A stretch of 64,000 bases of DNA from an uncultured Gammaproteobacteria bacterium (lineage in GTDB: Bacteria; Patescibacteriota; Microgenomatia; Daviesbacterales; UBA10151): contig CAYNFQ010000002.1 in the NCBI GenBank assembly GCA_964396715.1, positions 2,234-66,233 of the forward strand. The letters run 5' to 3'. The notes beneath the pieces were generated by a model. That model was not told the DNA's origin and ran no database searches. It was given only the letters and a program-made list of their open reading frames with translations. Of this stretch, positions 19,196 to 28,200 are shown in pieces. The translations under genes and the position numbers were made by a program. How positions within the stretch are numbered: position 1 is the stretch's first letter; each line of letters opens with the position of its first letter.

Positions 19196-20214
19196 CCTAC
19201 TGCCTCCTTTGCTGTGATTGTCAAAGGTGAGATCACCTGTCCTGTTAGTTCAATTTGCAAGACATCAAAACCGAAAGTATCTTTTTCCAATTCAATTTTA
19301 TAGGTGCCGTTTGGCAAAGGCGTTGCCCCTGAGAATTGGCCCAATTTGTTAGTTTTTAAGGCTCGGACAGGCAACCCTTCTTTATCGTAAATAACCACCA
19401 CCACGCCTTCCAGGGAGTTTCCGCGGGCATCCTTGATAATGCCGTTAATCACATTGGGAAAAGAAGTCAGGGCAATTTGGGTCGCTTTGCTTTTTTGTGG
19501 GGTGATAACTTTTACCTCAGGTTTGGCCATAGGCACAGGTATGGTTTGAGATTTTAGCTCCTCCTCGCCGACAGTTTCCAGTTGTTGTTTAATCTGCGAT
19601 GCCTGGTTGACCAAATTTTGCAAATCAGCCAAAACCTGGTTGACCTGCCCACTGTAATCAACAGGGATAGGTTTTGGTTTTTGCGCTTCTTCCCTGATAT
19701 GACTTAAGGTCCGTTCGGTTTGGATGATCTTCCATTGCAAATTTTGTGCCTCTTTTGCCAAATCAACAGTTTTTTTCAGATCATCCGCAGTAGGTATGGG
19801 TTCTGGCGGTATGACAGCCTGGCTGGGGACGGTGGTGGCTTCAGCCGGAGCTGGGGGATAAAGACCGGAAACATAGGTGACAAAGCGAGAACCAAACAGC
19901 GGGTCATTAACAGCAGTTTTGTTGTTTTTCTGCCAGACTCTTTTGGTGGGAGAATAAACAGCTTTTAAAAATGCCCCCAGCCAATAATCCAGAGGTCTTG
20001 AATTTATAGGCAAAAAAGCAAACGCAAAGCCCAAAGAGGCGGAAATTACAATCAGCGGCCAGGCAATTAAGGGATAGGCAGAGGAGACAAACACAAACAA
20101 AACATAGGCAATAGTTGAACCTGCTGCCAGATACATAAATTGTTTTAAGGTCATATCCCCGATCAGATGAAACTCAAAAGTGGTCACATTTTGCGGAATA
20201 GGATGCGGTTCCAT
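19192..20214 (-). CDS. PrgI-family protein with C-terminal carboxypeptidase-regulatory-like domain
   Basis: HPIPQNVTTFEFHLIGDMTLKQF, two TMs, RPLDYW; C-terminal GIIKD..RALKTNKLGQF. Confidence 0.82.
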   Translation of the reverse strand: MEPHPIPQNVTTFEFHLIGDMTLKQFMYLAAGSTIAYVLFVFVSSAYPLIAWPLIVISASLGFAFAFLPINSRPLDYWLGAFLKAVYSPTKRVWQKNNKTAVNDPLFGSRFVTYVSGLYPPAPAEATTVPSQAVIPPEPIPTADDLKKTVDLAKEAQNLQWKIIQTERTLSHIREEAQKPKPIPVDYSGQVNQVLADLQNLVNQASQIKQQLETVGEEELKSQTIPVPMAKPEVKVITPQKSKATQIALTSFPNVINGIIKDARGNSLEGVVVVIYDKEGLPVRALKTNKLGQFSGATPLPNGTYKIELEKDTFGFDVLQIELTGQVISPLTITAKEAVG

Positions 20215-20295
20215 TAGGTAGGGTATAGCGTATAGAGAATAGGGTATAGTTGAATCTTCATAACTATAAGCTAAACGCTACTGACTAAACGCTTA
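20215..20295. repeat. 7-bp-periodic hairpin (TAGCGTA/CTAAACG type) at the 3' end of a four-helix-bundle gene
   Basis: tagggtatagcgtatagagaatagggtatagtt...aactataagctaaacgctactgactaaacgct. Confidence 0.88.
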
Positions 20296-20660
20296 CTAAT
20301 ACCTCCTTTCTCTCTGTATACCATGACGCATAACATCTTGATGACTTCTAATAGTAATTCCTCCGATTTGCTAAAGCTCTCAGTTGGCGCTAACTGGAGT
20401 TCTTTAGAAATAACAAGCTGAGTATCCAATTCTAAAGCAGATCCGTAAGCAATAGCGTAAAATTGTAAGTATTCTTTATGTGATCGTCTAGCATAACCCT
20501 CTGCTATATTAGAAGGAATAGAAATTACTGCTCTGTGAATCTGTGAAATAATAACAAATTGCTCATTTCTGGGAAACAACGATGTTAATTTATATACCTC
20601 TTTGACTAATTGTATAGATTTTTGCCAGACAATTAATTCTTTATATGATTGTATTTTCAT
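20271..20660 (-). CDS. Four helix bundle protein (23S rRNA IVP / TIGR02436 family)
   Basis: SYKELIVWQKS, FPRNEQF..SQIHRAVISIPSNIAEG and AYGSALELDTQL motifs. Confidence 0.92.
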   Translation of the reverse strand: MKIQSYKELIVWQKSIQLVKEVYKLTSLFPRNEQFVIISQIHRAVISIPSNIAEGYARRSHKEYLQFYAIAYGSALELDTQLVISKELQLAPTESFSKSEELLLEVIKMLCVMVYREKGGISKRLVSSV

Positions 20661-20692
20661 AACTATACGCTAAACGCTACTCTCTATACGCT
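20656..20692. repeat. Second copy of the heptamer arm at the 5' end of the four-helix-bundle gene
   Basis: ttcataactatacgctaaacgctac duplicates 20257-20281 with 1 mismatch. Confidence 0.85.
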
Positions 20693-20756
20693 TCGTTATA
20701 CAATGTGAAAAAAATAATGGCAAGCAGCACAAAGGGGATCATTATGGGACAAATAT

Positions 20757-20850
20757 GGTTAAATGACAAAATCCAAATGCCAAATTACAAATGAAATCTT
20801 AATTTCAAATTTTAAATTTTAGTCATTTGATATTGGAAATTTGAAATTCT
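20757..20850. repeat. 7-bp-periodic hairpin (CAAAT/ATTTG type)
   Basis: aaatgacaaaatccaaatgccaaattacaaatg...gtcatttgatattggaaatttgaaatt. Confidence 0.8.
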
Positions 20851-20863
20851 TATGTTATTCTTA

Positions 20864-21056
20864 ATTTGTGGTGCACTAGTCCGATGTCATATCGGACCAA
20901 GGTGCAAAAAGGGAATCCGGTTAAAATCCGGAGCTGTGCCGCAACTGTGATTAGTTAGAGAATAGTAAATAGCGTACAGCGTTTAGTTATAAACAACTAT
21001 ACGCTAAACGCTTCTCTCTATACCCTAACTTTAAGTCAGGAGACCGACCACAATTT
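20864..21056 (+). ncRNA. Cobalamin riboswitch
   Basis: P1 TTGTGGT/ACCACAA; AAAAGGGAA-TCCGG-TTAAAAT-CCGGA-GCTGTGCCGCAACTGTGA; 3' AAGTCAGGAGACC B12-box. Confidence 0.85.
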
Positions 21057-21077
21057 AGATCCCGTAGCAGGAAAAAT

Positions 21078-21986
21078 ATGTCAGTTCAACAACTTGAAAG
21101 AGAACAATTACCAACTTTTTATTCCCAGAAAGCTGAAGAGCATGCCTCCCGTGTTTTAGAAACCCACAGGATTCCTGATCCCTATTATTTTTTAATAGAT
21201 CAAGATGGTGATTTATTTTCTCCGTCAGCACACTTAAAGGTTAGGGAGAAAATAGATACCAGTACAAGAGTAGGGATGTTGGAAGCTCAAGCATTTCAGG
21301 AGACCTCTCATTGGGCATCTGGTGCCGAAGCTGGTGCAAGTGCCTGGGTTAGCCCACCAGGACATTATCCTGTCTCCAAAATTATTATAAGCGAGATTGA
21401 GAAAGTTAATGGAGTAAAAAGGATTTTTAATAGAGCAATAGTTTTGGATATTAATGAAAGCGAGTGTTTGGATTTAGGACGAAGGCTTAGTGCTTATTCA
21501 CTAAATCAGCCGTTTTTGACCTATTCAGACCAGTTAAGAAGTACTCCAATAATATTGGACACAAAAGAAAAAAATTGGCTTGAGATTATGGAAGAGGTAA
21601 TGCCTGATTCTTTTTTGTGGGAGAGTATTAGAAGAGGGGATGAGGTGATTGCCAAACAAGCAGCTTTAGCAGAAGCAGAAAGAATTTTTGCCAAATATAG
21701 AGTGCCTGGAAGAGATCACAATGACTATGCTGATAATAGAGAGATGCAGAGGGATATGCAAAGCATGCTGGGAGATAAACCGGAAAGCTGTCCTCCCAGA
21801 CTATCTTCTGGTGCGGGGCAAACTGCTTTTCAGGTTTTTTCTGAAAACGCCTTGACATTTAGTAGTTCAGCAAACAAAGACCCTGATTTTTGCGAGGTTT
21901 GTCCTGCCTGTGAAGAAATAATTAATTGTGTTGTTAAAACAGGTAGCAGTTGTCCTAAATGCGGAGCAGTCAAAAGATGTGGTTGA
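21078..21986 (+). CDS. Hypothetical protein with C-terminal Cys-rich (Zn-ribbon-like) tail
   Basis: 302-aa ORF ending FCEVCPACEEIINC...CPKCGAVKRC; SD-like AGCAGGA upstream. Confidence 0.75.
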   Translation: MSVQQLEREQLPTFYSQKAEEHASRVLETHRIPDPYYFLIDQDGDLFSPSAHLKVREKIDTSTRVGMLEAQAFQETSHWASGAEAGASAWVSPPGHYPVSKIIISEIEKVNGVKRIFNRAIVLDINESECLDLGRRLSAYSLNQPFLTYSDQLRSTPIILDTKEKNWLEIMEEVMPDSFLWESIRRGDEVIAKQAALAEAERIFAKYRVPGRDHNDYADNREMQRDMQSMLGDKPESCPPRLSSGAGQTAFQVFSENALTFSSSANKDPDFCEVCPACEEIINCVVKTGSSCPKCGAVKRCG

Positions 21987-22169
21987 CAAAGTTAGCTAAG
22001 TTAGAAACTTATAGAAATTGGTAGAAATAAATGGAAATACAGTAGATATATAATAGAAATTAACTGAACAATTTTATCGCTAGTACTTACAAATCTAAAG
22101 AAAAGCAATAAATTTCAATTTATTTCGCAAACTTTGTTTGCATATTTCTATCTGTTTCCGATCTCTTTT

Positions 22170-22294
22170 GTCAGAATTTTAAGACGCGCAAGCGTCGCAA
22201 GCTCCGCTTATCAGTTTAATATCAAGCACTTCGACTACGCTCAGTGTAAACTTTTTCCAAGAATTGACACCAGGTTTGGGAAATTCTATGCTGG
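22170..22294 (+). repeat. TA-array spacer repeat copy 1 (contains TTGACA-N17-TATGCT)
   Basis: GTCAGAATTTT..ATCAGTTTAATATCAAGCAC..TTGACAC..GTTTGGGAAATTCTATGCTGG. Confidence 0.85.
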
Positions 22295-22963
22295 TTTAGC
22301 ATTAAGTAATAATTTATTTGCCTGATTAACAAAATATTCTATCATCCCTTCTTTATTAAAAGGCACCAGTATTTTCGGGAAATCCTTCAGGTTATTTACC
22401 TCAAGAAGCATATGCGCAAAATAAAATTCGGAAAGCCCTAAATCTTTCTTTTTTGCATCCTGTAAAAGTTTATCAAATGTAAATATTTTTCTTTGAATGA
22501 TGAAATATAAATCAATAAAATCTTTAGCTTCAGTTCTCCCTAAAATAGCCGTCATTTTATTGCTACCAATATTTTCAATTGAATCAACCCTTATTCTGCC
22601 GAAATTTTTTATCTGGCCAAAATGTACAGGCTGTTCTCTGACAAAGTCAATTTTTAACTCTTTACCCTTGCCGATTAGAAAAAAAAGGTGGAAGTTTACT
22701 GTAGCCACACGATGATCCAGTTTAGTATTTGTTTGTTTTGCTATATCTGTCAATACTGCCTTAATGGAATTAACTTCAATATCCTCAAAGGTGAAAAGAT
22801 CAAGATCAATACTTCTACGGTGTTTGAAATAAAAACCTGCAAGAGCAGTACCTCCTGTCAGGAAATACTTTTTCCCTATAGTTTTTTCGAAAAAAAGATC
22901 AAGGACAGTTTGTTGTAAATTAGTGAGAGGAGTGTCTTTTTTCATCTTTATTCCATAAATCAA
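22286..22963 (-). CDS. AbiEii/AbiGii-family nucleotidyltransferase toxin
   Basis: FLTGGTALA..HRRSIDLDLF, KIDFV and NKMTAILGR..KDFIDLY motifs. Confidence 0.9.
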   Translation of the reverse strand: MIYGIKMKKDTPLTNLQQTVLDLFFEKTIGKKYFLTGGTALAGFYFKHRRSIDLDLFTFEDIEVNSIKAVLTDIAKQTNTKLDHRVATVNFHLFFLIGKGKELKIDFVREQPVHFGQIKNFGRIRVDSIENIGSNKMTAILGRTEAKDFIDLYFIIQRKIFTFDKLLQDAKKKDLGLSEFYFAHMLLEVNNLKDFPKILVPFNKEGMIEYFVNQANKLLLNAKPA

Positions 22964-23195
22964 GTGTATAATCCCATATTTTTTTGATTTGTGGACGCAC
23001 TTTTAGATAAGGAAAGTAAGTTTTTAGCTGGGATAAGGTAACATAGCGCCAGATTGTTTCATAAGGAAGATTTTCAATAATTCTCCCAATAATCCAAATC
23101 TTTTGCTTTTTTGTACCAGACTTAAGTTTGGAAAGCAATTCATTTTCAGAAAAATTATAATCCCAGAATGCCTGGGCAATAGAAACCTGTTTCAT
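22920..23195 (-). CDS. Putative antitoxin partner of AbiEii (DUF6922-like)
   Basis: FWDYN..WIIGRIIE pattern; overlaps and precedes the toxin. Confidence 0.7.
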   Translation of the reverse strand: MKQVSIAQAFWDYNFSENELLSKLKSGTKKQKIWIIGRIIENLPYETIWRYVTLSQLKTYFPYLKVRPQIKKIWDYTLDLWNKDEKRHSSH

Positions 23196-23244
23196 ATAAA
23201 CTATTTTATCATAAGTGAGATCATTTTGTCTTCTAGCCTCCTTT

Positions 23245-23397
23245 CCGTCAGAATTTTATCAGTTTAATATCAAGCACATTATTAGTTTATCGTTTATCGT
23301 AAGATCGTTTATTGGTAACGATATCCGATATACAAAGAGGTCCGTTTTTTCGGACCGTTACGATAAACAATTTGACACAATGTTTGGGAAATTCTAT
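23245..23397 (+). repeat. TA-array spacer repeat copy 2
   Basis: 23258-23397 reads identical to 24216-24355 (140 bp). Confidence 0.93.
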
Positions 23398-23460
23398 TTT
23401 GGTTCTTGACACCAGTCTTAACAATATACTAAAATCCGTATACTGGTAAGTGATGAATGG

Positions 23461-23817
23461 TTGGTAGTTTTTTATGTTGAGGAAAACGGTAATGAGCCAG
23501 TAAGGAAATTTCTTAGCAGCCTTGATTTAAAAACACAAGCCAGATTTAATTGGTCAATTGAACAGTTAAAGATAAGGAATGTGACTGCTAGGGAACCATT
23601 AGTCCGCCATCTTGAGGATAAGATTTGGGAGTTGCGTGAGGAGAGCAGCACCAATATCTTCAGATTGTTGTACTTTTTCTTTACCGGCAAGCAGATTGTA
23701 TTTGTTCATGGGTTTGTTAAGAAAAAACAGAAAACTTCTCGTAGTGAGATTAAAACCGCACTTGAACGAATGAAAGATTTTAGCAAAAGGTATGCAGAAT
23801 TAGAAGAGAGGAGGTGA
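23461..23817 (+). CDS. RelE/HigB (Gp49-like) toxin
   Basis: FYVEENGNEPVRKFL, IWELRE..FRLLYFF..VFVHGFVKKKQKT. Confidence 0.9.
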   Translation: MVVFYVEENGNEPVRKFLSSLDLKTQARFNWSIEQLKIRNVTAREPLVRHLEDKIWELREESSTNIFRLLYFFFTGKQIVFVHGFVKKKQKTSRSEIKTALERMKDFSKRYAELEERR

Positions 23818-24167
23818 ATATAATGAAAAGCAAACATAATGTAGTAATGGAAGGTAAAAAGAGTTATCGTAATTGGCAAAGGAAGCTAGTGGAAAATCCG
23901 GGCTATTCAGCTATCTATCAAGAAGAGGCTGCCAAAAAGCAGTTATGGCTACAATTGGTAGAAGCTCGCCAAAAGGTAGGGTTAACCCAGCAAGAAATGG
24001 CTAGAAGGTTAGGTGTCTCACAAGCCCAAGTGGCCAGAATTGAAAAACGTGGCTATGAAACATACACCCTGACTAGTCTTCGTCGTTATATTCAGGCGTT
24101 GGGTAAGGGGTTCTCTTTACAAGTTACTATTTATAGACCTGCAGAATATACAACAGCATACCGTTAA
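23814..24167 (+). CDS. HigA-like XRE HTH antitoxin
   Basis: ARQKVGLTQQEMARRLGVSQAQVARIE HTH; GTGA overlap with the toxin. Confidence 0.9.
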   Translation: MNIMKSKHNVVMEGKKSYRNWQRKLVENPGYSAIYQEEAAKKQLWLQLVEARQKVGLTQQEMARRLGVSQAQVARIEKRGYETYTLTSLRRYIQALGKGFSLQVTIYRPAEYTTAYR

Positions 24168-24202
24168 AGTAAGAGCACCAGAGAATAGTTTTATCCTGAA
24201 AT

Positions 24203-24458
24203 CCGTCAGGATTTAATCAGTTTAATATCAAGCACATTATTAGTTTATCGTTTATCGTAAGATCGTTTATTGGTAACGATATCCGATATACAAAGAGGTC
24301 CGTTTTTTCGGACCGTTACGATAAACAATTTGACACAATGTTTGGGAAATTCTATGCTGGATATATAGCTATCAGTCATCAGACGTCAGTCGTCAGACAA
24401 AAAATCTGAAAGCTGAAGACTGAAAGCTGAAAGCTAATTTAAGGCCATGGAATTTTCC
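24203..24458 (+). repeat. TA-array spacer repeat copy 3 with enclosed heptamer hairpin
   Basis: Conserved core, then GGGAAATTCTATG..[tcagtcatcagacgtcag/ctgaaagctgaagactgaaag]..AAGGCCATGGAATTTTCC. Confidence 0.92.
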
Positions 24459-24482
24459 AGACGGAAATGGTAAAATTGTTTC

Positions 24483-24737
24483 ATGAATACAGTAACATTA
24501 CCAATCTCTATTATTGAAAGAGTAGAAAAAAAGCTCTATTCTGCTTTAGAGGAAGTTCGTGCGCTTAAAAGAGTAAGCTCAAGAAGAAGCTCTAAACCAG
24601 TTCATTTCTGGACAAAAGCTCAATGGGAAAAGGCAGAAAAAGAAGCTGATGAAGATATTGCTGCCGGGCGGGTAGTAGGCCCATTTAAGAGCGCTAAAGA
24701 TTTAATCGAATCCTTGCATAGAGAAGCCGGGGTTTAG
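24483..24737 (+). CDS. Putative antitoxin
   Basis: FWTKAQWEKAEKEADEDIAAGRVVGPFKSAKDLIESL is a typical antitoxin C-terminus; precedes a RelE-like gene. Confidence 0.8.
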   Translation: MNTVTLPISIIERVEKKLYSALEEVRALKRVSSRRSSKPVHFWTKAQWEKAEKEADEDIAAGRVVGPFKSAKDLIESLHREAGV

Positions 24738-24749
24738 TCAAGTATTTTA

Positions 24750-25007
24750 ATGTTTCAGTCATACTTCAGTAAAAAATTCACAAAGCAGTATTCAAAATTA
24801 CCACTTTCTACCCGGAATAAATTTGACAAACAGATTCAATATCTTCTTTCGGACTTAAGACACCCCTCTATTCATGCCAAGAAAAAGCAAGGAGAAGTAG
24901 ATGTTTGGGAAGGGAGAGTTGATAGATTTTACAGATTCACCTTTACTCTTTCGGAGGATGTAATTACTCTACGTGCAATAGGTCCACATGATGAGGCACT
25001 AGATTAA
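24750..25007 (+). CDS. RelE/ParE-superfamily toxin
   Basis: FTKQYSKL..LRHPSIHAKK..VWEGRVDRFYRFTF..IGPHD. Confidence 0.88.
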   Translation: MFQSYFSKKFTKQYSKLPLSTRNKFDKQIQYLLSDLRHPSIHAKKKQGEVDVWEGRVDRFYRFTFTLSEDVITLRAIGPHDEALD

Positions 25008-25030
25008 TTTCAATTTTAGCCTTAAATTCA

Positions 25031-25221
25031 TCAGGATTTTGTAAGGAATAAATCAAGCAGTTTGACTCCGCTCAATGTAAACTTATCCCGGACTTGCAAA
25101 GATGTTTGGGAAATTCTATGCTGAAGTTAGGGACTAGGGATTAGCAACTAGGGTTTAGTAAAAACAAACTATACCCTAAACCCTACACCCTATACCCAAA
25201 AAAAGGCCATGGAATTTTCCC
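25031..25221 (+). repeat. TA-array spacer repeat copy 4 with enclosed heptamer hairpin
   Basis: TCAGGATTTT..ATCAAGCA..TGTTTGGGAAATTCTATGCTG..[tagggactaggg/ccctaaaccctacaccct]..AAGGCCATGGAATTTTCCC. Confidence 0.85.
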
Positions 25222-25272
25222 AAGTATAATTGTAGAAAGTTATAACCTTGAGCGAAGCCGAAAGGGAAAAAT

Positions 25273-28200
25273 ATGGCAGAAAGATTAAGCATGGCAGAAG
25301 CAACATCCGGCCCAGGGCCAGAAGCTACACCTCCTGTGGGTGAGGGTCAAGCTGTCCCTCAATCATCAGGTGAATTAAGTCCTCAAAGACCCTGGCATAT
25401 CTCAAAAGAGTTTGATCCTAAAAGGACAGATTATACTTCAAGGGAAGAAGGGAACTGGAATATTTTTGTTGACCCTAAAACAAACAAAGAAGTAGCAAGG
25501 GCAATAAAAATGTCAGGAGGGGCAGATAAAGAAGATGGTGAATACTATGATGGTTCGCAAGAAAAACCAAAAGAATGGTGGCCTTTCACAGAGGATGAAT
25601 GGAAAAATCTTGACATTAAGGATAGGATAGTTGAGGCTGCAGTTTTGGCAATGCGGCATTATTATGACATGGATAATGTAGATAGAGCAGCTAAAGAAAA
25701 AGAATTTTCCATGGCCTATCAAGATTTTTCAGAATACGCTTTGGGTAAAAAACTTTATGACGGAAAAGATACCCGGGTTATTGCACTAGAGTTAGAACTG
25801 GTGAGCTTTGATAAAACAGAAATAGAAAAATATAAAGCAGATCCCGAAAAACAAGGACAGATTGAAGAAGCTCTAAATAACCTGGATGCTCTTGAACATG
25901 AGCAAGCCGGTATTCAAAATGCCTGGAAGGATTACGGCATTACAGATCAAAATAAGAATGATGATCAGTTACGCCCCCCGCATGTTGCACAAGATGAATG
26001 GAAGAAGTATTTGGAAGGAAAGGATGAGATTAAGACAAGATTAGAAGCAGCAAAACAGGCACTTGTAGCTTTAACCAGCCAGGAATTTTTCAATAAAAGA
26101 GAAAAAATCAAAATAGAAGTTGGAGATAAAGTCAAAGAATTAAAAGAAGAAATGGAGAAAAAAGAAAAGGAAGCAAAAAAAGAAGGTGTCCGGGTTGATG
26201 CAGAACAATGGGAGATAGATGCATATAAATTGGAGAAAGAATTGGAAAGAAGCTTATTACAGGGGACAGAAGTCTCTTCGGATCCAGATAAATCGGATGC
26301 TGATGTACCAGTTGAAGAAATACTTAGGTTTATAAAAGAAGAAGGAGAAAAGCCTGTTGCCGAACAATATACAACTGGTTTGGAACGGGCAAAAAAAGTT
26401 CTGGAATGGAATTTTCATGAGGCAAGAAAGCTTGGCATTCTGGAAGATTTGGAAGAAAGGTTTGAGGAAAGATATAAGGAACTGGCAACAGCCGTATTTT
26501 CCAAAAGCAGGACTGATCAGGGTGATACGGAGATTGAAACAAGAAGAGGTCCTCGTAATCTGACCATTGCCGAGATAAAAGAAACATTAGCCAGAGAAGC
26601 AGATGAGCGTAATCCGAATTCGCTCTCAAATACGGCAGAATCAGATACTTTCTGGAAATATCTTGTTAGAGACGGTCTTGTACCCGGAGACAGAGTAAAT
26701 CATTTTAAGGGCATCAGAAAAGCCTTTGTTGACGGGACATATGATCAAATATATGATTCTTTGTCTAACTTATATAATCGCTATAGAGCGGATGAGCTAA
26801 GAGGAAAATTGCAGCAGCAGTTAGACCGGGATGTAATAACTCAACAGCAATATGACAGAAGAATCAATGAAATAAACAACCCAAGAAATATACAAAGGAT
26901 ATCCGGAGAATGGGATGTCCGGAAATATGAAAGAGATATAATGGCCGGTCTGGATAATGAAGAGAGGGCAGAAGCAGGAAGGTTATTTTATATAGACAGG
27001 TATTACCTTACTTTAACAGGCACAACAGAAGCGCAGATTGAACAGGGTGTAAATAATTATCTGACAAGCATTTTGGAAGGAGCGCATGTTTATGATGTTC
27101 AAACAATAATGCAGAAAATGCAATATTTATCTCAGGCTATCATGTCAAAAAAAGATGTTCTTATGCAGTCCGGTATGTCAGCAACTGATGCCCAGGCAGC
27201 CTTAACCAGAATCAATATACTCGCAGAAAACAGGGGAGAATTCTATGTTATGAATTTTTCCGCGCAGAATCTTTTGATGGATGAATACTTTATTCCTTTA
27301 TATGATAAATGGGGGGGAGTGAAAGGGATTGAAAAACTGAAAGAGAGTTTGGATATGAATGATGGTTTAATTGCACCGTGTATGCTTTTGTTTTTAGATA
27401 AAAAGAACCGTTTATTATTTCAACCGGCCGGATTTAAAGGGCAGGGCATGAAAAATATTTGGGCCCAGAGAACCCTGCGGGATAAAATTAAAGGGCAGAT
27501 AGCAGAAGAGCTGGTAAATTTTCAGGCTAAAAAAGCCAATTCTACGGAATTGATGGAACAAGCCACATGGCAGGATTTCTTAAGAATGAAGTTTGAAAAA
27601 AGGTGGGATAAAAAAGATGAACAAGATAATAAAATATTTTTTAAACCAAAAGAGGAAACAGATGCTGCTAAAAAAGCATATCAGGCTGAATATATGCGGG
27701 TTAAAACGGCAGCAAAGCCTGAAGATTTGGAAAGTCTAAAAAGGTTAAGGGAGGAGTACACAAAACAAAAGAATAGGTACGATAGATTGTTGGATCGGGC
27801 CAAAAGCGCTGTTGAGACTACTTGGCAGGTGTTCAATATTTTTGGAGAATCAGCCCGTCTTGGTGCCCCTTCAATAATCATGCGTAACGGTGACCATATC
27901 AGCATTGAGGATGCAACTTATTTCTATAAATTCGTTCTATTGGATGCAATGAAGAAAAGCGGAGATACCCCGGCAATGATGAGGTGGAGAGCCTATCAAT
28001 GGGTTAAGAACCACAGGCAAAGCGAAAAAAATCCAGTTATAAAAGACGGTGTGACTACTTATGAATTAGTTGCAGGACTTGAAGATACAGGGATAACAAA
28101 AGGGGAATACGATGAATTTTTGAAAGCAGTTAAGGAGTTGAGGCTAAACGGTTATAAAGCAGCATTTAGGGAATACAGTTTTGAAGAAATTATCAGCAGA

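Noticed and set aside
22134-23409. ORFs 22134-22325 and 23215-23409 sharing YQFNIKH..FGKFY as a small protein family
   Set aside because: The similarity comes from the DNA repeat; copy 4 breaks the frame and the starts are weak
22170-25221. Classical integron cassette array
   Set aside because: There is no tyrosine integrase nearby and I could not find RYYYAAC...GTTRRRY attC boundaries; kept as a non-integron array finding
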